Source of the DNA: Eledone cirrhosa
Taxonomy: Eukaryota
Assembly (NCBI GenBank): GCA_964016885.1
Contig: OZ024743.1
Location: 332,568,001-332,632,000 of the forward strand
DNA: 64,000 nucleotides
Direction: 5' to 3'
How positions within the stretch are numbered: the stretch's first letter is position 1; each line of letters begins with the position of its first letter. The notes beneath the pieces are model-generated. The model saw nothing but the letters and a program-made list of their open reading frames with translations, was not told where the DNA came from and ran no database searches. Positions 45,001 to 56,879 of the stretch are shown here, in pieces. The position numbers were made by a program, and so were the translations under genes.

Positions 45001-48000
45001 AGAGACGGAGGGACCAGATATAAGGCAGTCAATACTGATAGAAAGGAAGGGCCAGATATAAGGCAGGAAATACTGAGAGATAGGAAGGGACCAGATATAG
45101 AGCATGAAACACTGAGGGGAAGTGAGGGACCAGATATAAGGCAGGAAATACTGAGACAAAGGGAGCGAGCACATATAGGGCAGGAAATACTGAGAGAAAG
45201 GGAGAGACCAGATATAAGGCAGGAAATACTGGGAGATAGGAAGGGACCAGATATAGAGCATGAAACACTGAGGGGAAGTGAGGGACCAGATATAAGGCAG
45301 GAAATACTGAGACAAAGGGAGCGAGCACATATAGGGCAGGAAATACTGAGAGAAAGGGATGGACCAGATATAAGGCAGGAAATATTGAGAGAAAGGGAGG
45401 GATAAGTTATAGGGCAGGAAATATTGAGAGAAAGGAAGGGACCAGATATAAGGCAGGAAATAGATAGAAAGGAAGGGACCAGATATAAGGCATGAAATAT
45501 TGAGAGAAAGGGAGGGACCAGATATAGGGCAGGAAATACTGAGAGAAAGGGAGGGACCAGATATAAGGCAGTAAATATTGAGAGAAAGGGAGGGACCTGA
45601 TATAGGGGAGGAAATACTGACAGAAAGGGAGGGATCAGATATAAGGCAGTAAATATTGGGAGAAAGGCAGGGACCAGATATAGGGTAGGAAATATTGAGA
45701 GAAAGGGAGAGACAAGATATAAGGCAGGAAATACAGGGAGATAGGGACGGACCAGATATAGGGCAGGAAATATTGAGAGAAAGGGAGGGACCAGATATAA
45801 GGCAGGGAATACTGGGAGATAGGGACGGACCAGATATAGGGCAGGAAATATTGAGAGAAAGGGAGGGACCAGATATAAGGCAGGGAATACTGGGAGATAG
45901 GGACGGACCAGATATAGGGCAGGAAATATTGAGAGAAAGGGAGGGACCAGATATAAGGCAGGGAATACTGGGAGATAGGGAGGGACCAGATATAGCGGAG
46001 GAGTTACTAACAGAAAGGGAGGGACCAGATATAGGGCAGGAAATACTGAGAGAAAGGGAGGGACCAGATATAACGCAGAGAATATTGAGAGAAAGGGAGG
46101 GACCAGACATAGGGTAGGAAATACTGAGAGAAAGGGAGGGACCAGATGTAGGGGAGGAAATACTGAGAGAAAGGGAGGGACCAGATATAGGGCAGGAAAT
46201 ACTGAGAGAAGAGGAGGGACCAGATATAAGGCAGGAAATACTGAAAGAAAAGGAGGTACCAGATATAAGGCAGTGAATACTGAGAGATAGAGAGGGACGA
46301 GATATAAGGCAGGAAATTTTCTGAGAAAGGGAGTGACCAGATATAGGGCAGGAAACACTGACAGAAAGGGAGGGACCAGATATAGGGGAGGAAATACTGA
46401 GACAAAGAGAGGGACCAGATATAATGGTGGAATTATGGAGAGAAAGGGAGGGACCAGATATAGGGGAGGAAATAGTGAGAAAGGGAGGGACCAGATATAA
46501 GGCAGTAAATATTGAGAGAAAGGGAGAGACCAGATATAGGGTAGGAAATATTGGGAGAAAGGCAGGGACCAGATATAGGGCAGGAAATACTTAGAGAAAG
46601 GGAGGGACCAGACATAACGCAGGAAATATTGAGAGAAAGGGAGAGACCAGATACGGGGTAGGAAATATTGGGAGAAAGGCAGGGACCAGATATAGGGTAG
46701 GAAATATTGAGAGAAAGGGAGAGACAAGATACAAGGCAGGAATTACTGGGAGATAGGGACGTACCAGATATAGGGCAGGAAATATTGAGAGAAAGGGAGG
46801 GACATGATATAGGGCAGGAAATATTGAGAGGAAGGGAGAGACCAGATATAAGGCAGGAAATACTGGGAGATAGGGATGGACGAGATATAAGGCAGGAAAT
46901 ATTGAGAGAAAGGGAGGGATAAGATATAGGGCAGGAAATATTGAGAGAAAGGAAGGGACCAGATATAAGGCAGGAAATAGATAGAAAGGAAGGGACCAGA
47001 TATAAGGCATGAAATATTGAGAGAAAGGGAGGGACCAGATATAGGGCAGGAAACACTGAGAGAAAGGGAGGGACCAGATATAGGGGAGGAAATACTGAGC
47101 GAAAGGGAGGGACAAGATATAAGGCAGGAAATATTGAAAGAAAGGGAGGGACTAGATATAGGGCAGGAAATACTGAGAGAAAGGGAGGGACCAGATATAA
47201 GGCAGGAAATACTGAAAGAGACGGAGGGACCAGATATAAGGCAGGAAATACTGATAGAAAGGAAGGGCCAGACATAAGGCAGGAAATACTGAGAGATAGG
47301 AAGGGACCAGATATAGAGCATGAAACACTGAGGGGAAGTGAGGGACCAGATATAAGGCAGGAAATACTGAGAGAAAGGGAGCAAGCACATATAGGGCAGG
47401 AAATACTGAGAGAAAGGGAGAGACCAGATATAAGGCAGGAAATACTGAGAGAAAGGGAGAGACCAGATATAAGGCAGGAAATATTGAGAGAAAGGGAGGG
47501 ACCAGATATAAGGCAGGAAATATTGAGAGAAAAGGAGGGACCAGATATAGGGCAGGAAATACTGAGACAAAGAGAGGGACCAGATATAATGGTGGAATTA
47601 TGGAGAGAAAGGGAGGGACCAGATATAGGGGAGGAAATAGTGAGAAAGGGAGGGACCAGATATAAGGCAGTAAATATTGAGAGAAAGGGAGAGACCAGAT
47701 ATAGGGTAGGAAATATTGGGAGAAAGGCAGGGACCAGATATAGGGCAGGAAATACTTAGAGAAAGGGAGGGACCAGACATAACGCAGGAAATATTGAGAG
47801 GAAGGGAGAGACCAGATACAGGGTAGGAAATATTGGGAGAAAGGCAGGGACCAGATATAGGGTAGGAAATATTGAGAGAAAGGGAGAGACAAGATACAAG
47901 GCAGGAAATACTGGGAGATAGGAACGGAGCAGATATAGGGCAGGAAATATTGAGAGAAAGGGAGGGACATGATATAGGGCAGGAAATATTGAGAGGAAGG

Positions 48001-51000
48001 GAGAGACCAGATATAAGGCAGGAAATACTGGGAGATAGGGAGGGACCAGATATAGCGGAGGAGTTACTGACAGAAAGGGAGGGACCAGATATAGGGCAGG
48101 AAATACTGAGAGAAAGGGAGGGACCAGATATAACGCAGAGAATATTGAGAGAAAGGGAGGGACCAGACATAGGGTAGGAAATACTGAGAGAAAGGGAGGG
48201 ACCAGATGTAGGGGAGGAAATACTGAGAGAAAGGGAGGGACCAGATATAGGGCAGGAAATACTGAGAGAAGAGGAGGGACCAGATATAAGGCAGGAAATA
48301 CTGAAAGAAAAGGAGGTACCAGATATAAGGCAGTGAATACTGAGAGATAGAGAGGGACGAGATATAAGGCAGGAAATTTTCTGAGAAAGGGAGTGACCAG
48401 ATATAGGGCAGGAAACACTGACAGAAAGGGAGGGACCAGATATAGGGGAGGAAATACTGAGACAAAGAGAGGGACCAGATATAATGGTGGAATTATGGAG
48501 AGAAAGGGAGGGACCAGATATAGGGGAGGAAATAGTGAGAAAGGGAGGGACCAGATATAAGGCAGTAAATATTGAGAGAAAGGGAGAGACCAGATATAGG
48601 GTAGGAAATATTGGGAGAAAGGCAGGGACCAGATATAGGGCAGGAAATACTTAGAGAAAGGGAGGGACCAGACATAATGCAGGAAATATTGAGAGAAAGG
48701 GAGAGACGAGATACCGTGTAGGAAATATTGGGAGAAAGGCAGGGACCAGATATAGGGTAGGAAATATTGAGAGAAAGGGAGAGACAAGATACAAGGCAGG
48801 AATTACTGGGAGATAGGGACGGACCAGATATAGGGCAGGAAATATTGAGAGAAAGGGAGGGACATGATATAGGGCAGGAAATATTGAGAGGAAGGGATAG
48901 ACCAGATATAAGGCAGGAAATACTGGGAGATAGGGATGGACGAGATATAAGGCAGGAAATATTGAGAGAAAGGGAGGGATAAGATATAGGGCAGGAAATA
49001 TTGAGAGAAAGGAAGGGACCAGATATAAGGCAGGAAATAGATAGAAAGGAAGGGACCAGATATAAGGCATGAAATATTGAGAGAAAGGGAGGGACCAGAT
49101 ATAGGGCAGGAAACACTGAGAGAAAGGGAGGGACCAGATATAGGGGAGGAAATACTGAGCGAAAGGGAGGGACAAGATATAAGGCAGGAAATATTGAAAG
49201 AAATGGAGGGACTAGATATAGGGCAGGAAATACTGAGAGAAAGGGAGGGACCAGATATAAGGCAGGAAATACTGAAAGAGACGGAGGGACCAGATATAAG
49301 GCAGGAAATACTGATAGAAAGGAAGGGACCAGATATAAGGCAGGAAATATTGAGAGAAAAGGAGGGACCAGATATAGGGCAGGAAATACTGAGACAAAGA
49401 GAGGGACCAGATATAATGGTGGAATTATGGAGAGAAAGGGAGGGACCAGATATAGGGGAGGAAATAGTGAGAAAGGGAGGGACCAGATATAAGGCAGTAA
49501 ATATTGAGAGAAAGGGAGAGACCAGATATAGGGTAGGAAATATTGGGAGAAAGGCAGGGACCAGATATAGGGCAGGAAATACTTAGAGAAAGGGAGGGAC
49601 CAGACATAACGCAGGAAATATTGAGAGGAAGGGAGAGACCAGATACAGGGTAGGAAATATTGGGAGAAAGGCAGGGACCAGATATAGGGTAGGAAATATT
49701 GAGAGAAAGGGAGAGACAAGATACAAGGCAGGAAATACTGGGAGATAGGGACGGAGCAGATATAGGGCAGGAAATATTGAGAGAAAGGGAGGGACATGAT
49801 ATAGGGCAGGAAATATTGAGAGGAAGGGAGAGACCAGATATAAGGCAGGAAATACTGGGAGATAGGGATGGACCAGATATAAGGCAGGAAATATTGAGAG
49901 AAAGGGAGGGATAAGTTATAGGGCAGGAAATATTGAGAGAAAGGAAGGGACCAGATATAAGGCAGGAAATAGATAGAAAGGAAGGGACCAGATATAAGGC
50001 ATGAAATATTGAAAGAAAGGGAGAGACCAGATATAGGGCAGGAAATACTGAGAGAAAGGGAGGGACCAGATATAAGGCAGTAAATATTGAGAGAAAGGGA
50101 GGGACCTGATATAGGGGAGGAAATACTGACAGAAAGGGAGGGATCAGATATAAGGCAGTAAATATTGGGAGAAAGGCAGGGACCAGATATAGGGTAGGAA
50201 ATATTGAGAGAAAGGGAGAGACAAGATATAAGGCAGGAAATACTGGGAGATAGGGACGGACCAGATATAGGGCAGGAAATATTGAGAGAAAGGGAGGGAC
50301 CAGATATAAGGCAGGGAATACTGGGAGATAGGGACGGACCAGATATAGGGCAGGAAATATTGAGAGAAAGGGAGGGACCAGATATAAGGCAGGGAATACT
50401 GGGAGATAGGGAGGGACCAGATATAGCGGAGGAGTTACTGACAGAAAGGGAGGGTCAGATATAGGGCAGGAAATACTGAGAGAAAGGGAGGGACCAGATA
50501 TAACGCAGAGAATATTGAGAGAAAGGGAGGGACCAGACATAGGGGAGGAAATACTGAGAGAAAGGGAGGGACCAAATGTAGGGGAGGAAATACTGAGAGA
50601 AAGGGAGGGACCAGATATAAGGCGGGAAATACTGAGAGAAGAGGAGGGACCAGATATAAGGCAGGAAATACTGAAAGAAAAGGAGGTACCAGATATAAGG
50701 CAGTGAATACTGAGAGATAGAGAGGGACCAGATATACGGCAGGAAATACTGAAAGGGAGGGACCAGATATAGGGGAGGAAATACTGAGGGAAAGGGAGGA
50801 ACCAGATATAGGGGAAGAAATACTGAGAGAAAGGGAGGGACCAAACATAAGGCAGGAAATTTTCTGAGAAAGGGAGTGACCAGATATAGGGCAGGAAACA
50901 CTGAGAGAAAGGGAGGGATCAGATATAGGGGAGGAAATACTGAACGAAAGGGAGGGACAAGATATAAGGCAGGAAATATTGAAAGAAAGGGAGGGACTAG

Positions 51001-54000
51001 ATATAGGGCAGGAAATACTGAGAGAAAGGGAGGGACCAGATATAAGGCAGGAAATACTGAAAGAGATGGAGGGACCAGATATAAGGCAGTCAATACTGTT
51101 AGAAAGGAAAGGCCAGATATAAGGCAGGAAATACTGAGAGATAGGAAGGGACCAGATATAGAGCATGAAACACTGAGGGGAAGTGAGGGACCAGATATAA
51201 GGCAGGAAATACTGAGACAAAGGGAGCGAGCACATATAGGGCAGGAAATACTGAGAGAAAGGGAGAGACCAGATATAAGGCAGGAAATACTGAGAGAAAA
51301 GGAGAGACCAGATATAAGGCAGGAAATATTGAGAGAAAGGGAGGGACCAGATATAGGGCAGGAAATATTGAGAGAAAGGGAGGGACCAGATATAATGCAG
51401 GAAATATTGAGAGAAAAGGAGGGACCAGATATAGGGCAGGAAATACTGAGACAAAGAGAGGGACCAGATATAATGGTGGAAATATGGAGAGAAAGGGAAA
51501 GGACCAGATATAGGGGAGGAAATAGTGAGAAAGGGAGGGACCAGATATAAGGCAGTAAATATTGAGAGAAAGGGAGAGACCAGATATAGGGTAGGAAATA
51601 TTGGGAGAAAGGCAGGGACCAGATATAGGGCAGGAAATACTTAGAGAAAGGGAGGGACCAGACATAACGCAGGAAATATTGAGAGAAAGGGAGAGACCAG
51701 ATACAGGGTAGGAAATATTGGGAGAAAGGCAGGGACCAGATATAGGGTAGGAAATATTGAGAGAAAGGGAGAGACAAGATACAAGGCAGGAAATACTGGG
51801 AGATAGGGACGGACCAGATATAGGGCAGGAAATATTGAGAGAAAGGGAGGGACATGATATAGGGCAGGAAATATTGAGAGGAAGGGAGAGACCAGATATA
51901 AGGCAGGAAATACTGGGAGATAGGGATGGACCAGATATAAGGCAGGAAATATTGAGAGAAAGGGAGGGATAAGATATAGGGCAGGAAATATTGAGAGAAA
52001 GGAAGGGACCAGATATAGGGCAGGAAATATTGAGAGAAAGGAAGGGACCAGATATAAGGCAGGAAATAGATAGAAAGGAAGGGACCAGATATAAGGCATG
52101 AAATATTGAGAGAAAGGGAGGGACCAGATATAGGGCAGGAAATACTGAGAGAAAGGGAGGGACCAGATATAAGGCAGTAAATATTGAGAGAAAGGGAGGG
52201 ACCTGATATATGGGAGGAAATACTGAGAGAAAGGGAATGATCAGATATAAGGCAGTAAATATTGGGAGAAAGGCAGGGACCAGATATAGGGTAGGAAATA
52301 TTGAGAGAAAGGGAGAGACAAGATATAAGGCAGGAAATACTGGGAGATAGGGACGGACCAGATATAGGGCAGGAAATATTGAGAGAAAGGGAGGGACCAG
52401 ATATAAGGCAGGGAATACTGGGAGATAGGGAGGGAACAGATATAGTGGAGGAGTTACTGACAGAAAGGGAGGGACCAGATATAGGGCAGGAAATACTGAG
52501 AGAAAGGGAGGGACCAGATATAACGCAGAGAATATTGAGAGAAAGGGAGGGACCAGACATAGGGGAGGAAATACTGAGAGAAAGGGAGGGACCAGATATA
52601 GGGCAGGAAATACTGAGAGAAGAGGAGGGACCAGATATAAGGCAGGAAATACTGAAAGAAAACGAGGTACCAGATATAAGGCAGTGAATACTGAGAGATA
52701 GAGAGGGACGAGATATAAGGCAGGAAATTTTCTGAGAAAGGGAGTGACCAGATATAGGGCAGGAAACACTGACAGAAAGGGAGGGACCAGATATAGGGGA
52801 GAAAATACTGAGCGAAAGGGAGGGACAAGATATAAGGCAGGAAATATTGAAAGAAAGGGAGGGACTAGATATAAGGCAGTCAATACTGATAGAAAGGAAG
52901 GGCCAGATATAAGGCAGGAAATACTGAGAGATAGGAAGGGACCAGATATAGAGCATGAAACACTGAGGGGAAGTGAGGGACCAGATATAAGGCAGGAAAT
53001 ACTGAGAGAAAGGGCGCGAGCACATATAGGGCAGGAAATACTGAGAGAAAGGGAGAGACCAGATATAAAGCAGGAAATACTGAGAGAAAGGGAGAGACCA
53101 GATATAAGGCAGGAAATATTGAGAGAAAGGGAGGGACCAGATATAGGGCAGGAAATATTGAGAGAAAGGGAGGGACCAGATATAAGGCAGGAAATATTGA
53201 GAGAAAAGGAGGGACCAGATATAGGGCAGGAAATACTGAGACAAAGAGAGGGACCAGATATAATGGTGGAAATATGGAGAGAAAGGGAAAGGACCAGATA
53301 TAGGGGAGGAAATAGTGAGAAAGGGAGGGACCAGATATAAGGCAGGAAATATTGAGAGAAAGGGAGAGACCAGATACAGGGTAGGAAATATTGGGAGAAA
53401 GGCAGGGACCAGATATAGGGTAGGAAATATTGAGAGAAAGGGAGAGACAAGATACAAGGCAGGAAATACTGGGAGATAGGGACGGACAAGATATAGGGCA
53501 GGAAATATTGAGAGAAAGGGAGGGACATGATATAGGGCAGGAAATATTGAGAGGAAGGGAGAGACCAGATATAAGGCAGGAAATACTGGGAGATAGGGAG
53601 GGACCAGATATAAGGCAGGAAATATTGAGAGAAAGGGAGGGATAAGATATAGGGCAGGAAATATTGAGAGAAAGGAAGGGACTAGATATAAGGCAGGAAA
53701 TAGATAGAAATGAAGGGACCAGATATAAGGCATGAAATATTGAGAGAAAGGGAGGGACCAGATATAGGGCAGGAAATACTGAGAGAAAGGGAGGTACCAG
53801 ATATAAGGCAGTAAATATTGAGAGAAAGGGAGGGACCTGATATAGGGGAGGAAATACTGAGAGAAAGGGAGGGACCAGATATAGGGCAGGAAATATTGAG
53901 AGAAAGGGAGGGACCAGATATAAGGCAGGGAATACTGGGAGATAGGGACGGACCAGATATAGGGCAGGAAATATTGAGAGAAAGGGAGGGACCAGATATA

Positions 54001-54526
54001 AGGCAGGGAATACTGGGAGATAGGGAGGGACCAGATATAGCGGAGGAGTTACTGACAGAAAGGGAGGGACCAGATATAGGGCAGGAAATACTGAGAGAAA
54101 GGGAGGGACCAGATATAACGCAGAGAATATTGAGAGAAAGGGAGGGACCAGACATAGGGGAGGAAATACTGAGAGAAAGGGAGGGATCAGATATAGGGCA
54201 GCAAATACTGAGAGAAAGAGAGGGACCAGATATAGGGTAGGAAACACTGAGAAAAAGGGAGGGACCAGATATAAGGCAGGAAATACTGAGAGAAAGAGAG
54301 GGACCAGATATAAGGCAGGAAATACTGAGAGAAAGGGATGGACCAGATATAAGGCAAGAACTACTGAGAGAAAGGGAGGGACCAGATATAAGGTAGGAAA
54401 TACTGAGAGATAGGGAGGGACAAGATATAAGGCAGGAAATACTGAGAGATAGGGAGGGACCAGATATTAGGCAGGAAATTTTGATAGAAAGGGAGCGACC
54501 AGATATAGGGCAGGAAATACTGAGAG
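1..54526. repeat. 39-bp satellite DNA array, consensus GGACCAGATATAGGGCAGGAAATATTGAGAGAAAGGGAG, ~1,400 monomers, with higher-order repeats; continues beyond window start
   Basis: The monomer can be read directly throughout, head-to-tail in one orientation. The ORF track shows 13-aa periodicity in five frames (REREGPDIGQEIL, ERKGGTRYRAGNI, SLPFSQYFLPYIW, PPFLSIFPALYLV, SLSLNISCPISGP). Consensus is 31/39 purines on the + strand. The last recognisable monomer ends ...GGAAATACTGAGAG at ~54,526. Confidence 0.98.
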
Positions 54527-54720
54527 GGCAGGAGAGTAAGAGAGGGAGAGAGTATAGTGATAGGCAGAGAGAAATAAGGTGGGAGGGAGACAAAGAGAAT
54601 GAGAGAGAAGGGTATTGTGATAGACAGAGGGAAATAAAGGGGAGAGGGAGTAGGAGAGACAGAGAAAAGGAGGATATAGTGATAGGCAAGGACAAATAAA
54701 GGGGTGGGAGAGAGTAGGAG
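54527..54720. repeat. Degenerate ~61-bp GA-rich tandem repeat (3 copies) at the satellite edge
   Basis: Core TAT(A/T)GTGATAG(G/A)CA...AAATAA(A)GG recurs at 54,553, 54,613 and 54,675 (spacing 60 and 62). Confidence 0.6.
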
Positions 54721-54756
54721 ATAGATAGATAGATAGAGAGAGAGAGAGGGAGAGAG
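54720..54756. repeat. (AGAT)n(AG)n microsatellite
   Basis: Directly visible. Confidence 0.8.
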
Positions 54757-54845
54757 CAAGAGTGATTAGGGGGAAGGAATCTGGGAAATTGGGACAAAGT
54801 ATGTATAATTGGATTGTATAGTTTTCTGGCCTTTACATACATATA

Positions 54846-54894
54846 CTAGCGTGGAAAATGTATTCTAAATGGTGGTGATGATGATGATGATGAT
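54846..54894 (+). mobile_element. Short 3'-end remnant of a retroelement (RTE-like) with (GAT)n tail
   Basis: CTAGCGTGGAAAATGTATTCTAAATGGTGGT(GAT)n resembles the segment at 55,893-55,945. The RTE assignment rests on my recollection of octopus ...GCTAGCATGGAAAA-GGACGTTAAA-(GAT)n ends, not on a search. Confidence 0.4.
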
Positions 54895-54898
54895 TATA

Positions 54899-54933
<35 letters not shown>

Positions 54934-55226
54934 GTAAATGTATATATATGTAGGTATATATATATATATATATATATATAAGTATATATATATATATAGA
55001 TATATAGATATATAGATATATTTATATATATGTGTAAATGTATATATATGTAGGTATATATATGTATATATACATACATAGATAGATACATACATATATA
55101 CATATATATAATTATACACATACATGCATATGCATACATAAATATATGCATATATACATATATTCATACATACATACATATGCATACATAGATGCATATA
55201 TTCATATGTTCATATATATATACATA
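54895..55226. repeat. Compound (TA)n/(TACA)n microsatellite
   Basis: Directly visible. Confidence 0.9.
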
Positions 55227-55712
55227 ATGTGGCTGCCAACTCGTTTTCGAGTACGGCCACTACTTTATATCCATGTAGGAAAACCCCTACCGATACGCTG
55301 AACGAGTGTGTCTTTTTAGTCCAGCCAGTGACTTGAACACTCTGGTACAAACACTACACTTGTGACAATTATTGACACATAGTGCTTTGCCTTTGGTACC
55401 ATGTGACGACAAGTGCAGAGAGATCTCCAGATACAAAGCAATGCCTGTGCCGTGAAGCTTTTATAGTGAGCAAAGGCACTGCACAAAGCCAGTCCCACTC
55501 TCTTAACCAAGATGATATTTACCAAAAAGAAGAACAAGTCAACATCATTGGATACCATCAGGGTTGCAGGTGTTATATCAGAGTTTTCCTTGTCCTAGAA
55601 TTCTGCCTTGACAAAGGCTAAGGGGTCATCTCTCCCGGTGATTTTGGATGGCCATTGACTCTTAAGAGCTCCTTTGCCCTTTGACATGTTTTGTTTTTAG
55701 TCCTGCAGAATG
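55227..55712 (-). mobile_element. Unclassified interspersed-element fragment, possibly a retrotransposon UTR
   Basis: Complex-sequence island between microsatellites with no convincing ORF. There is a hairpin at 55,229-55,260. The minus-strand segment ...AGCCTTTGTCAAGGCAGAATTCTAGGACAAGGAAAACTCTGA resembles a motif I recall from retroelement 5' regions (unverified). Confidence 0.3.
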
Positions 55713-55892
55713 TCATACATACATACATGCATGTATGTATGTATACATACATACATAGATACATACACACATGCATATATTCATACTTAAATACATACAT
55801 ATACATACGTATACACACATATACACATAAATATATGCATAGAAAAATACATACATACATTGACACATACATATATAAATATATATATATAC
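55713..55892. repeat. (CATA)n-type microsatellite
   Basis: Directly visible. Confidence 0.85.
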
Positions 55893-55945
55893 ACCCATGC
55901 TAGCAAGGAAGAATGGACGTAAGACAGTGATGAGGATGATGATGA
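55893..55945 (+). mobile_element. Second 3'-end remnant of an RTE-like retroelement with (GAT)n tail
   Basis: ACCCATGCTAGCAAGGAAGAATGGACGTAAGACAGTGATGAGGATGATGATGA, similar to 54,846-54,894. Family assignment is from recollection. Confidence 0.45.
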
Positions 55946-56095
55946 CTCTCACATACATATTAACATACATACATACATACACACTCACACATACATATTG
56001 ACAAATATACATACACACACATGCATAGTAACATATATACATATATATTCACACATACATATTAACATACATACTCACACATACATATTAACATA

Positions 56096-56198
56096 CGAGG
56101 TGTGTCAGAAAAGTTCCAGGACTGAAGTCACAAAAGATTTATTTCAAACCCAAACTTCACACTAAGAGTTTTCTCCTTCAAAGTAATCCCCCTGGAGT
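56096..56198 (+). repeat. Left terminal inverted repeat (103 bp)
   Basis: Reverse complement of 56,880-56,982 with 2 mismatches by manual alignment. Confidence 0.93.
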
Positions 56199-56791
56199 CT
56201 AATGCACTTTTCCATCCTTTTCTGTCACGCTTGCATGCACTCCTGGAAGGATTCTTCCGGGATCCTCCGCAGTTCCGTCGTCACAGCATTTTTGATGTCG
56301 TTCACGTCTTCAAAACGGGTCCCCTCCGGGTCATACTTGAAGATCCATGACTCATCACCGGTGATGACTGTTCCTAGCAAGTCTGGTTCGGTTTCAAGAT
56401 GCTCGAGGATGTCCTGGCACACTTGTATGCGTCGACCCTTCTGGTCATCGTTCAGCAGTTTTGGCACCATCTTCGCGCAGACTTTCCGCATGTCCAAATC
56501 TTCAGTGACAATCTTCCAGATGCTGTCCCAATTCATGCCCAGCTCATTTGCCATCAGTCAAACAGTCAGCCGATGATCGCTACGCACCATCTGCCTGACG
56601 CACTCAACATTGACCTCAGTCCTGGTTGTTGAGGGCCTTCCGCTACTGGGGTCATCTTGCACCACTCAAAAAACACGTGAGCGTGACATCGTCTCATCTC
56701 CATACACTTGCTGCAGCAATCCCTGTGCTTCTGACGGAATTTTCCCCAACCGTACCAGAAACTTCAAGTGTGTTCATTGCTCTGTGCTCAT
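56162..56791 (-). pseudogene. Mariner transposase pseudogene (internally deleted, in-frame stops)
   Basis: One frame reads MSTEQ*THLKFLVRLGK...VYGDETMSRSRVF*...DDPSSGRPST...KVCAKMVPKLL (WVPHEL-like)...ITGDESWIFKYDPE|GTRFEDV...FQECMQA*QKRMEKCIRLQGDYFEGENS*. The second and third catalytic-Asp motifs (HDNA, SPDLAPxD) are absent. Confidence 0.92.
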
Positions 56792-56879
56792 TGCTTGACG
56801 ACAAGAAACAGAGGACATGTATATAAAATTATGAAGAAAAATGTTTGATCGCTGCAGAGAGCTAAGATTACAATTACAT

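Noticed and set aside
1-54526. CRISPR-like array (repeat length in the CRISPR range)
   Set aside because: Monomers are contiguous with no unique spacers, there are no cas genes, and the context is eukaryotic.
244-54842. Many long ORFs (up to 1,092 aa) on both strands of the 39-bp array
   Set aside because: The monomer is a multiple of 3 with no stops on the minus strand. The ORFs switch among repeat frames at indels, and stops and frameshifts are copied within higher-order repeats, so there is no sign of coding constraint.
56202-56826. Plus-strand ORFs inside the transposon
   Set aside because: Antisense shadows of the mariner transposase.
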